Source: Schizochytrium sp. TIO01 (lineage: Eukaryota; Protista; Bigyra: Labyrinthulomycetes). From it: DNA of 64,000 bases. A program made the translations under genes and the position numbers. The first letter of the stretch is position 1; each line of letters begins with the position of its first letter. The notes beneath the pieces are model-generated. The model saw nothing but the letters and a program-made list of their open reading frames with translations, ran no database searches and was not told where the DNA came from. The stretch lies in contig SMSO01000032.1 in the NCBI GenBank assembly GCA_004764695.1, positions 2,046,001-2,110,000 of the forward strand, written 5' to 3'. Positions 13,298 to 26,328 of this stretch are shown one piece after another.

Positions 13298-15088
13298 CTA
13301 CTACGCAGTAATTAGTATTATATATATATAATTCACAGTAAGATACATGGATTGTTAGGATAAATCTTTCTGAGACAAAGTTCTACTGTTTTCTATCTGA
13401 AGGGCTCTAGTGGTGCTTTAGGTATTTTTGACGGGTATGAAAAGAAGGTCGATGCCCCATACCTAGGCATTTTGCAATGAGGAAGTTGCCACAGCTGCAA
13501 GCGTGCCGGGAAGAAGTGAAGACAACAGAAAGCAAGCAGCACTTTGAGTTAGTAACGAAGGCGAGTGGAGGAATAAATAACCTCCATGATCCTTTGAAAT
13601 CAGCGGAGAGAGCACAGCACTACGACACGAGGAGATCTATCTGTCTCGGTAAGCTACGGCAAGGGCCCGAGCATTTTCCTTTTTTATTTGCCACTTCTCG
13701 TTAATGGGGCTACAGGTGAAGCAGTACCTTCTCCAGTCAAACAGGAATAAATATTTAAAATGAAAACAGTTTGGTGTAGTTCTCTACAAATAAAATTACG
13801 AAATCGCGAATGAACTTCTGTAATCCCTGTGCTTCGGCGTTAGCTTAGTGGGTTGATCAGTGCCTGCCCCAAGACCACCTGCACAATGGTTGGCTATGCA
13901 CGTTTTTTCATTTTGAAACGCATAAGTTTAGTGAAAAATCATTCAAGATGTTGAGCCGATTGCAATCACAGCTGTGCCAAAATGTAACTTCAATCACTTG
14001 GTCAGGATGGTCAGTCGGATGTCTGGTCGGAAAGGTAAGGTCGTCGACTTTTAGGTTCTTGGTTAGAATGAATACTTCAAGGGCAAGCCATGATGTAGGA
14101 ATTTAGGGTAGAGACCTAAAACATTCCTCGTATGTGGAATTTCCAAACCCTTTTAGCAGCGTCATAGTAGGTATTATGTTTCGATACAAATCTACTTGCC
14201 ATAGTGTTTTTCGTTCGCTTTGATTTATTTTGCTTTTTACATTGTCATTTGGGAAACACCAATATGCGCAGGTCTGATCTAGCAAGCAAGATATTAATGA
14301 TTCGATAGTTTGTGAGCCTTCCCACTCCTTTCATTATAAAAACTAAGTTCGTATTTACAGTTCTTTATTATCGTTTGTCTTTTTTTTTTTCTTTCTTTCC
14401 ATAGATATACAAGGTCCTGATTCTTGAACTCAAAGAAGAAGCCCCCAGGCTGACTGACCATCGTGATCCCTTCAGGAAGAAACATTTTTTTAGAGCGCAA
14501 AAACAGCGTTTCTAAGGCGCCATTATCGAGGAAGCCAACCAACCAAGTCAGTCATTCAAACTATTTAGGTAGTGAAAGAAAAGTGTTCTTCATGGCCCTT
14601 TACATTACATTTCTCCAGTTTTAAGGCAGAGATTCAAAGGACATGATCGCTGCAGAGTAATCGACGATTCGGCCGCGAATTCTTTCGTCTCGCTAAATTA
14701 CTCACAGTACCTACGCGGCATCGAATTTTTGTTGTGAAAGAAAAGAAGAAGAAGAAGAAGATAAAGAAGAAGAAAAGTGTCCTTGTGTTTTTTTCTTCTT
14801 CTTTCACACCAAAAGAGAACTGAGCTTTTCTTCCTTTTTTTCTTTTTCTTTTTTTCTCTTTTTTAAACTAATTAAAACCTTCTCAAACACTAAGAAAAGC
14901 AATAAATAAATAATAGAATCACTCTAATTATGCAGCTAGATCAGGAAGCTTTGCTTTCTTTGGCCACCATCGCGTAATGCACGAGGGAAAGGCATGAGAG
15001 AACTAGCTTCTATCTCATGTTTTATCAGCATTTACTACTCCTCAGTCGCAAATCACGACAATGTAACAATATTTTATAACTGTATAAG

Positions 15089-15126
<38 letters not shown>

Positions 15127-15676
15127 AAAACACAGAAAAAAGTTTATAAAATAAAATAAAAGCTATCAGCACCGATTCTCCACCAAGTAGCACCTGGATC
15201 CCTTGAAGAAGTCGAGTTTCCACATGGTGGAGATCGGCCACGGAAGTCGCCTCAAGCCCAAGTGAGAGCCACTTACTTCAGCAGCCTCTTTAGCTCGCTC
15301 ATCGGAAGCCCGCGCAGAACTTGCAGGAAGCAGGCCGCTCCTCGTTCGTTTTGCGCGGCATTCGAAGCCTCGATTCGGCGTTCTGTGCGACCTTTTGAAG
15401 TTCCTGCAATCCTCTAAGAGTCCCACTCACTATTTAACCTACTCAATCACTCACTCACTCACTCAATCAATCAATCCATCAATCAACCAATCCACATATC
15501 TATCTATCGATCTATCCATCCACGACTCATTTATTCCCGCATCCAATAAGTTCACGCGCCGGCATTGCTGTGCACGGAGATGCTCCACACACACACGAGG
15601 GCGTCGAAGACGGCAGAGAGCGGAGCTCTGATCGATTGATTCATGGCATCTTCACCTCAGTCGTCGAGTGATCGAT

Positions 15677-15872
15677 AATGCAATGAAACGCAATGAAATG
15701 AAATGAAATGCAATGAAATGTAATGCAATGAATTTAATGCGATGAAATGTAATGCAATGAAACGTAACGTGTGTATCGATAGACACCTCTCTCTCTGCGT
15801 GTTTATGTTCTTTATGCATGTATGTTTGCATTTATGTATGTATGTATGTATGTATGTATGTATGTATGTATA
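15677..15872. repeat. Degenerate (AATGC/AATGA)n pentamer repeat followed by (TATG)n
   Basis: aatgcaatgaaacgcaatgaaatgaaatg... at 15677-15770, then a TATG run at ~15833-15872. Confidence 0.8.
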
Positions 15873-17344
15873 TGTGAACGAACGTCTTGGAGGCGGCCGA
15901 TGGGATCGCAGGAGCTAGCTCAAAGATGCCACTAGGTCACACGGGGTGACCGCCGTCAACAGCGGCCACGCGTGCCCGCACGCTTAGGTACTCGCGGTGG
16001 AAGAAGCGGCAACGGCAGAGCTAGCTAGCTTTCCATGTCGAAAGCAACCCATGGAAGCAGAAGACGGGCCCTAGCTAGCTCGTGGTTTGCTTGCAAGTCG
16101 GCCTGCGAAGGAGGCCCGTCTCCAAGCTGGATGTCGCCTCGCCTCCCGCCTCTCGGGGTCCATGCGGCACCACGCGTGGCGGAGAAGAGCGAGGAACCTG
16201 CAGGTAAGGGCCTGCGGAGCGGGGCAGACGCCTCGAGGAGGCGACGGAGTGGCGGAGCGCAGTCTAGGAAAGCCACAGCCAGGTAGTGGGTAGGCAGCAG
16301 GAAGCTGGACGATGAATGATGCCCAGGAAGTTGAAGCCGCCCAGGCCCAGGTCGAACTTGCTCAAGGTAGTGCTCGAGCCCGTGCGCACTTGGAAATTGA
16401 GGCGCGAGCACAGGTCAGCGCCATCGCCTGGCGACTGCCTGCCTGCCTGGCCTCCTCGACGCCCAGGCTGCCGAGGAGCGCGCGGACCTGCGAGGTCTGG
16501 TTTCCAATGGACAGACGGGTCGATTCGACGGCCTCGTTTTTGAGGTTCGTTCGAACTCAGCCGTCGCGGGAGGTCTGAAGAAATGCAAGGCTGAGGCTGG
16601 ATGCATAAATGGATGGACGGACAGCCAGGCAGGCAGGCAGGCGGCCAGGCGCGAGCAAGGCTTCCTCGTGGAACTGCGCCGTTTCCTGGCGTGGACAGCG
16701 GAGGCCTCGGCTGGTGTGGTTGAGAGCAGAACGATCTCCATGGAGGGAGTCATTCATCTGTGTGATCTGAGAGTTTAGATTTTTTTTTTTACAAAGTAGG
16801 TTACCGAACTTCTTTCTTTGGTTTGGCTGAACAGAAACAGAAAAACGAAAGCCGCATCGCCGGAGAGAATAGCGTCTTCGAAGAAGCTTTTTCGGGTGTA
16901 TACTGATGACGCCCGGAGACAATAAAGAACGGAAATTTGTTTTTTGTTTTTAAATTAAATTAAATTAATAGTCAACGTTGGGACATAGCCTACTCTGGCT
17001 AGAAATATTGGTTTCAAGCCTTTTAGTACAGTAGAATTTATATTTGTATTAAAATAAAATAAAATAAAAGTTTTAGTTCTTTTTTCCTTTTTCCCTTTTT
17101 TTTAAAGAAAAGAAAAAAGTTTAAAATTATATTTATATACAAATGCATAATCTTCATTTATAAGGCAATTTAACTTTTAAATAGAGCAAAAAAAGAATTT
17201 ACTCGCGTGAGCAGCCAGTTTCGCGCTCTGGTGCCCCGACACCGACAGGAAACGATAACGATTTTAGCCAGCTAGCGCATCAGCCCCAAACAGACTAGAC
17301 TTCGCTTGCTCGCCCACAAGCTTATCAACCGACCACCTATGACG

Positions 17345-17345
<1 letters not shown>

Positions 17346-17407
<62 letters not shown>

Positions 17408-17409
17408 TC
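17346..17409. repeat. (TTTC)n microsatellite
   Basis: Perfect TTTC run. Confidence 0.95.
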
Positions 17410-20400
17410 AGCCTCTGCTTTGAAAGTAGACAGTGTCCTCGATCCAACCATCATGTGGACAACAGTGCCCGATACGACCTTTCTGCATGCAAGCCTCCAA
17501 CCATGATGAGCGAGCGCTGGCCCAAGCAGTCGCGCTCACTCGCCCTCTCGGCCACCGCCTCTATCCCAAGCCAGGAACCGCTCAGTGCTTCGCCAAAAGG
17601 GACAGCGTTGCGCCGCAGAGACGAGCGGCTCGGTGAAGGCTGAGGGGCCGTGCTCCCACCTCGAGATGATGAGTGTACAGAAATTGTGAAGGGCCAACTA
17701 TCGCACGATGCACCTCTCTTGAGGCGCAGCGCGCGAGGAACAGAGCAGGCCCCGTCGCGTAGGGGGGCACTGGAGAATCCCCGCGGGCCGCCGAAGTGAG
17801 GAGCCAAAGGACGCAAACAAAGGCCCTTGGCGAATCATCGATTCGAGTGATCTTGAATGAAGGTACGATGAGAGCCGTGATCCATTGGAAATCTGAGGGT
17901 AAGTCGGTCTGAGACCACGATGAGAATGGCATAAAGCAAACCAAAAAAGTACAGACATACAGATATGCATGCATGTGTTTTATTTTTTTAACTTCCATAA
18001 AGTGGAAGGAAGAAACAAACACCCATGTTGGATGTAGATGAGTGGCTCGTGAAACAGGCGATTTCAGCTGCCTTATGACAAGATAGAAAAAGCGTGGTGG
18101 GTAACTGATTTCATTCCGGCATCGTTGTGCTTCACTTCGTGAAAGCAGGCTACTCCAATAAATGAACTTATTGAGAAAACGATAATTTAGTCTTATTGAA
18201 TGAAGGAGGGGTAGAGCAAGTGAAAATAAAGAAACTTCTTTCAGAAGTAAGGACCTTGAACATGTTTCTTATAAAGTTAAGTTTTTTGTTTATTGTTAGC
18301 GCTGAGATTTTAAATCTTTTAGGTTAAGAAAAGCTTTGTACCCCCACGTAAGACTCGGCGAGTATAGAGTTTCTTTGTTTGCAAGAGTCTAAAACCCTTA
18401 ATTCGAGCAAGGTATTCAATCTAACTTTTTTAATTTCTCAAAGGAAAAAATGTATTTACTTGCCTTACCCAAACGTTTCAAAGCAATTGTTGCATTTTAA
18501 ACATGAATCAAAGTTTATATGCTAAATGCAGATTGACCCATAATTTTCTTTTCTTTTGGAGAGAAGTATGTACCTACCAACCTACCTACTAGCGCAGAAT
18601 AAGGAATGTTCAACAGATATCCAAAAGGAGTCTAAGAGGGAAATCCATGTGTTTGATTCCATCATGTCTGAAAAGAGGGAGACCACGGTCACTTGAACAT
18701 GCAGGTCACCTCCTAGTAAGCACTGGCGAGGTGTATTTGCCCACCCTGACTTTATTGTTCCTGACTGTGTGCCTATTTGCTCCTTCCCGCCCTTTCTTTT
18801 TCTTTCTATTGAATGCTCTCATTGAAATAAACCGTCCCTAGTCTGAAGATTATCTGTGCGTTGAAAAATTCTCCAGCCAACGGGATACAATATGAGATTG
18901 TTACGATCTCGAATGTCACCCGTAAAGAACTAAACATAGACCAGGATCATATGTACTGTTGAGAATAGTCAAGAGTTGGAGATAATAGTCAAGAGTTGGG
19001 GATGAAACCGTTGCCGGGTTTTGTTGTTTAACAGAAAAAGATGAACGTAGAGTATATAAGTCAAATTAGCCCCGCTTGTTGCCAAACACATTGATTTAAC
19101 TGCTCGGAATGAAATTAACTACTCTGTCGTAACTTTAGTATACTAGGTACAGTAGATATAACATAGAGGATGTTCGAACTTAATGGCCCTCCTACAACAA
19201 TGAAAACAGAGAATACAATATGGATTAGAAGCTTGCGTTCATGATCTTGTAGTGGGATTGTCAACAGCTCCTACGTTTTATGTTGCACTCTACGGACTGT
19301 AGCTGTGACGCGCGAAATTTAGATGCTACCAGGTCACTAGAAGGGAGAGTAAACACATGATCCAGCAAGCCTACTACATCGCAACTCCGTTTCATGCACT
19401 GTTATTTATTTGTTTATTTATTTATTGTACCCATGCATAGCATCCTATAGGCAATTAGAACAAGCAATAAAAAGTACAGCGGTACCTAAGAAGTCATTTT
19501 TTTGTGCTTTTATGTGGGACGACCCCGATCTATACATTCTGTCGTCGCAGAGAACCTCCTATATGCGATGTATATAAATGGTTTTAAAAAGAAAATGAAG
19601 AGCAAAAGGGTAGCTACACACTACCAACTGCTATAACATACCATGAATTAGCAATTACTAATAGTAGCTCGGAAGTCCCAAGTGTTTATCTATAGATATC
19701 TAGCTAGCTTGCTAGGTACCAAGCAAGCAGAAAGGATAGTTCTTAAGAAGGAAGCAGCAGTAATCTCTGCCTCCTGTAGAAATGTAGAAAACAGTAGAGA
19801 TTTGCCAAGCAAATAAACCTATCTCGCCATAGGACATCGCGAAACGGCAGACTTAGGGAGCTCGTGTGCTCACAATCATTTTCTAATTTCTCTTTGGATG
19901 AGTTTAACATTAACATTTTAAGAAACATGAACGTCTTGTGCTACCCTGGGCTTATTAGCACATGAAGAGCTTCAAACCGTTAGTACACCTCGAAAAGGGG
20001 GGGGGGTCTCAATCGATAAGATGGACTTCAACTTCAAAGGCCAGGCACTCCACGATTTACTTGCCCACTATCAAAAAAAACAAGTTGTTAAAAAGGTGCA
20101 AAAACAAGGAACCAAAAACGCCTCTTTCGAAAGTTTATTTCTCATATCCAGTATGTGTATTATGTCCCTGCTGCGAGAAAAGATGTGATGAAAATACGCA
20201 ATATGGCCGAACATCCAAACATCGTATCATTTTTTAAAAGAAAAATTTCGAGAGAAGTTTGGGCTCAGGAACAAAGGACGGAGTAAGAAGAGCGATAGAT
20301 AAAACTAACTCAGCACATTGCACTCCTCAATTAATTATTGACTTCTTCAGTGTGTCTATTGCAATTATTCAACAAAAAAAGAAGTCATAAACGCATGTTA

Positions 20401-23400
20401 GTTAGTTTCAGATTTCAAATCACTTAAATTTTGAGAAAAGAGCGTTGAGCCTTTCGGACTCTTGAAAAAAGGAAGTTTATTATAAGCCTTGGACTCTTTT
20501 ACGGATATTAGAATATAACCGTAATTTGAACGTGCAAATGTGAACCTTATATTGCGTCTAGCCTTGCCCCGCGCCATGAAACTCAACTATCTTTAACATA
20601 CAAGTTTATAACGAAGATCAACAAACAAAGTCCGTAAATTATAAAGCTCCGTTCATCATTCAGACCATGCTGACGATATTCGAAATGTGCCAGACAATTA
20701 TAAGATTTACAGCGCTAACAGTCTCAGCTGTTTTATATACAGTCAAAACTACAGCACATACTCATTTTTATGGTACTGTGAACAGTGAGCAAGTGTCCCA
20801 TTGAAAGGGAGGTCTCTTTATTCAGAGCAAGTAGAAGACTTGCATAAATTCCACAAGCTCTCTCGTTAAATAATCATGCATAGGGGACATAAATGCTAGC
20901 TTTCCGGCTTGTTCACTCCACAAAACCTGCTGCTACTATGACACAGCACGATATCTGTACATCATTTCTCGAAACCGTTAGGAAGAATTTTGTCACTTTC
21001 TTAGTTCTAATGGTATCTATCTATCAGTTGAACACCCCGTGTATTAGACCCAATCGCAAAATGCAATGCCAGTACAACGCGTCACCCCGTTTCTTGATAC
21101 ATCATCTTTGTTTGTTGCTTTCTATAACCGTCGCGTTTATTTCATTGTGTTATTTTTATGCCGTTGTCCTGGCTAGTAGTTTTGTTGCTCATCTTTGTTT
21201 GCATACTTGAATTCGTTCTGATTCATCTATTGATGCCTCCCAATACATTCTTCTTTTTTCCTGTTTTACCTTTTTATTTGATGTTATAAATAAAGCTATA
21301 CGTGCTCACATCATAGTATGTACACTCTAGTACCTGTCTACTATGAATTCTCTTTATACGTCCACATTTGCGGGACACTAGCACCACTGCTTAAAAGACA
21401 AATTGGTTTCCTATTCCTTCAAGTTGACTGTTTATAATTCTCTTTTTTCAACTTGAAGTTATTATTTCATAAAAATTAAAGATGTTTAAATGGTTGATAA
21501 TCATAGTGTACTTTTGAGGGGAAAATGAAAATTTAAAAATTTTAAATTTTAAATTAAATTAAATTAAAACTTTCCAGGCCTCGTGTCAGGGTGCAGTCCG
21601 CTCTTACTCGTAACAGTAGCAGCAGCCCTAGTAGCCAGCCAGGCGGCTCGTCTGTACGACCTCTCACCTGCTAAACCCAAGTGGTTTTCTTCCCAAGTAG
21701 GCCAACTGTGGGCCACATGGAACTTTCCCGGCAGGCCACTTCGGAGAGAAGCCTGGTCATAGCCGAGTCGCTCTCTTGACAATCACTCAATCAATCAATC
21801 AATCAACCAATCGATCATCCACGCATTCATGCCATCGACCGATCAACAAAGCCCTTGATCCTCGAGAAGCTGGTCGGTCAGACGCCCACTCGACCAACGT
21901 CGGAGTCAGCGCCTCCTTCCTGAGAGCCAAGTCGAGAGGGAGAGGGAGAAGACCTACCTGCCTACTTGTTGAGTCAGTCAGTCAGTCGCCTCGCCATCGC
22001 CAACCAACAAACGAAGAGGCGTTAGCGGCTGTGCCAAAGCAGCTTCGATCAGTCACACGTTCTTATGGGTTGCGCTGGCGCCCATCGCTCGCCAGGAGCG
22101 CTCCAGTTGCTGGCACTCAGGGCACTCTCCCACTCCACCGCTGTGGTCTCCACGCTCAAGACCGCTGCTGCTCGAAGACAGACTCGCAGGCTCCTCTCCG
22201 TGAAGCTTGCTCGCTTGTCTTCGATCGCTCGTCTTCGCTCCATGTGCCACCAGCGAACCCGAAGGAGGACGAGCGAAGCGGCACCTGCACGGCACAGTGC
22301 CGCACGTGCAGGGAGAGGTCCTGGCGGCGCGAGACTCTGTCTATCTGTCTGTCTGTATGTATGTCTGTATGTATAAATGTATGTATGTATAAATGTTTGT
22401 CTGTATGTCTGTTTGGAGTGAGGAAGCGAAGCTGGAGCTTAAGTAGGCCGAAGATGCACTTTCATGGCCAGGCAACTTGGATTCCGCTCGATACCATCGG
22501 CCGGAGGGTCGAGCGGAGAGGCGCGGCTTCAGGTGTGCGCAGCACACACACAAACACGCACACGCACACGCACACACACGCACAGCAGAGCGTGCAGGCA
22601 AGGATCTCGGCATGCTCATGAAACTGCGGGAGATCAGAGGCACTGCGCCGGAATGGAGCATAGCTGGCTGGCTAGCTAGATATTGGTGGGGTGCCGGAGG
22701 ATGGATGTCTGTCTAGCTTCGTTGTGATGGTCTGCGAGGGCGAGGAGCGTATGCTTACGCGTGGTTGAACGAAGGGTGGCGATGATGCATTTTTGCTGTG
22801 GATGCTGTAGTTCGTGGACAGTGCGAGTGCCCTCCAGCTGGAGCAGGCGGAATCCGGGCGCTCTGCATACCGCAACTGTGATCTGTGTGCAGGAGATTGT
22901 TGGCTAGTTGCACGGAATGCACCTGCAATCCAAGTCGTCGCCTCATGCTTAACGTTGGTGGAGTCCTTCGACTTGAGCAGCGCTATCAGCGCTTCCTTCG
23001 AGTAGTAGTAGTAGTACATGAAAGCTTTCTCTATGGTCGCTAATAAGCTATGTTTACGAGTCCTTTCTCTCTATTTGTTTACAGTTCGGACCTACCTAAT
23101 TCGTAGATAGTAAATAAAGGCCATGCTTAAACTTTGATTATTCGAATTTAGAAAGGCTCAAAACATTTTAAGATAATTAACTATCAATGAGCAACTTATA
23201 ATTCCAGTAAAGGAAAGCTAGCTGAAAGGGTCACTCAGTCAGCAATCAATTAACTGCAGCGCGTACTAGCGCCAATTGTCTCTCCTACTGCCCTCGCTAC
23301 TAATAGAGGAGCCGCTTTTCTTTGTTCTGCTTTTGTTTTCTCTCATTGCGCCTTATTCTTCTCTGCCCTCTCCTCCTTCTTTCTCGCATGTGTGAACAGG

Positions 23401-25603
23401 GCGGACGGAGAACGGGTTTTTGGATGCGGAGACCGCTTGCGAAGGATGCGGAGGCGGAGAGAGATGCTGCTATTGCGCAGAGAGGCTGAGCAGTTGGAGC
23501 GGCGTAGACGTTGCTGAGGACGGCGTATGAGCAAGCAGCTAGCGCTGCCGCTTTCTTTCGTTCCATGAATATTTAACTAATAAGCAGTGCGAGCTGCTGC
23601 TTAGACATACATTCTCTTGCCTTTCTTCTTTTGCTTTCTTGCTTTCTTGCCTTCTTTTCTTTTCTTTTCTTTTTACTTTTTACTTTTTTAAATGTTTACG
23701 TGCTTTCAAAGAAGGCCTTGCCATTCTTCAGCAGAGTATTTTAAGACAGCTTCCTCTTTTCCAGCTTTTTTAAAAAACTTCTTTTTAATTCTTTTGGTAG
23801 GTGCCCAAAAGATTGGTCTGAAAATCTGTCTTCAAATAAAATATTTAAAGAAATGAGGGTTTAGGCCACCTTTTCTTTCGAAGGGAATTTACTCTACTTT
23901 TATGTCTTTTGTTTAGGTAAATTTTTTAGACACATGAGACAAAACCAGTAAGATATGCGACACCTGGATGGCTGGTTTTTCAACTCACCAAGGATAAGTT
24001 CCATCGACTGTGACGCTGACGAATCATCATCAGCAAAGTTTCTCGACAGCGAATTGCGACGGGTCTTTGTCCAAGAGGAACAACCTCCCGCGAACAGCAG
24101 AATCAGGCCGAAGAATGCAAGCGCGACGTCCTTCCTTCCGCTTCTCTAAAATTATTATCCCTCCTTCTTCATTTGACGAATAAATGTCTCCGCCCTTCTC
24201 TTCTTTTCTTTTCTTTCTTTCTTTTCTTTCTTTCTCATTGTTGTTTATATTCCAAACGGAGTTTTCCATTCTGGGCATGTATTTTGTTTTTGTACTAATT
24301 TAATGCTTACCTAAGTACAAAATAGAAAAGGGTGTCTATTTGGCTGTCCAAGTGACTCCCCCGCTGTCTTTCCATCTTTTTCACTCCCAAGTTCCCCTTT
24401 TTAAAGTAGAAATAAAAGAAACTAAATTTTCTTTCCTCTAGCATTCATTTCCTTTATCTTTTCTTTTTAAAGCAAACCCAATTAATTGTTACCTTTGAAT
24501 ATACTAAGCGTATTTTATTTAAAGTGTACAATAGTAAAATTTATGTGTACTTTAAAACCTAGGCTAGCGTTCGTCAAGGATTTTTGTTTTTAATTAATTT
24601 AAAACAAACAATAGTAATTAAATAAATAAGAGGATCGAGAATATTTTATTTTGTTTAAAAAATCAGATCGAATATTATGTTTGCACGCCAATAGTACCCA
24701 GCCTTAATAAATGTTCTTTATAAAAGGTTTTTAATTTAAGAAAAGCTAAAATAACATTTCTCTTTGAAGGTAGACACACTCAATAAACACAATTTACTGC
24801 GGTCTGTTTGTTTACCCATATCTCTATGAATGCATATTACTTTAGTTTTTACTTTCTTTGGTCTATATAGTCTATTCTCCTCGCACTAAAAACTCCATCA
24901 ATTAACCTATTCCCTGCTCTGCTCAGCGTACTAAAAGAAGAGCGATAAAGTCGAGTGGCACCAAACCTGAAACAACAGACCTCTCCTAGCGCCACGAACA
25001 ATCAGGCGCTGTGCGATTGAGCGGTGGGGAGGGCCGAGCTGAGCGGCCACGCAACCCCTTGAGGAGCCTGAGCAGACATTCTTCTCCCGGGTAGAGAGGC
25101 GGAGCACACCTCGGTTGAGTGATCGACTGAGCGATTGCTAAATTCACGCTTCTCATTGAATTGATTGATCTGCTGCAGAGTCGAGTGACCTCGCGGCCTT
25201 CTCAGGGAGATCTCTACTCGTGCTGCGGCGGGCTATCGACTGCGGCTACTTCTGTAGCTGCGAAGGCAGAGCGGCATCCTCGCCAGAGTCGAGCGAATAC
25301 GCGGGAACAGCTCAGTGGATCAGATTCTTGAGAAAGCGCGAGGAGCAAAAGCCGGAGTCCGACCGAGTGACTCAAGGTGACGACTGAAAGAGAAATTATA
25401 GGCCTTATTATCTCTTATATTTACTTTTACCCTGTCTGGTAAACAAGTCTTGCCTGATTTGACTTTGCGAGTCGAGAGGATCAGCAACTCGTGGCAAGCT
25501 AAAGCAATAGTCAACTAAAGTTGACCGATACTTGGGTTGGACGGTCAATTTGTAGATTACATAGACACAGACAGGCGGAACTTCCTTAGTGCGGCTTCAC
25601 GTG

Positions 25604-25629
25604 ATGAACTTTCACGGTATTGGCGCTCT

Positions 25630-25660
<31 letters not shown>

Positions 25661-26296
25661 CAACAACAACTGCAACTGCAACAACTCCAGCAGCAATTAC
25701 AGCAGCAGCAACAACTACAACTACAACAACTCCAGCAGCAGAGGGGACACGCCTTACAAATGAATGATTCCTCTTCACAAAATGGACTTTCGTATTCATT
25801 GCAACTTTTGAAAAAACTTCAGCTCGTCGGTAAGAGTGCGCCTATTGGAGATGGCGGCATCGCAACCGTTCTTTCTTACGACCCGCTCACGGACACCTTT
25901 AAGCTCCAGGTAGGCCAGCACTCTGAGCCGATCACCATCGGCGGTGCAGCACTCATGGCACTTCTTGATACATCACAATTTACTGTGCATCCTGAGCTCA
26001 ACAATATGAACAGCATCAACAATACGAGCAGTGGTAACGAGGCAGTGGCCTCATTGGCCGCTGGGTTTAATCCACAGATGCACAGCAACCTCTTTAGTCA
26101 CAACATGAATCTTCCTCTCCATAATGTTATTGCTGCATCACAATTAGCACAAAGACAACAACAGCAACAAGCTTTGGCGCGAGCTGAGGCTGAGGCACGT
26201 GCCTTCTCCCAAGCACAAGACATTCGGGCAAGGATGCAAGCTCACTCAGATGCTCTTGCTATTTTGCAGCAACAACAACAACAACAGCAGCAACAA

Positions 26297-26328
<32 letters not shown>

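Noticed and set aside
13837-14062. tRNA-like 5' fragments (GGCGTTAGCTTAGTGG at ~13838; GTCAGGATGG at ~14001)
   Set aside because: No B-box/T-arm or cloverleaf follows
18964-19003. 20-bp tandem duplication AATAGTCAAGAGTTGGRGAT x2
   Set aside because: Real but isolated; most simply a slippage duplication with no element around it
21776-22621. 281-aa ORF in a GC-rich island
   Set aside because: TTG start, crosses three microsatellites, Arg/Ser-rich composition typical of non-coding GC-rich frames, no motif
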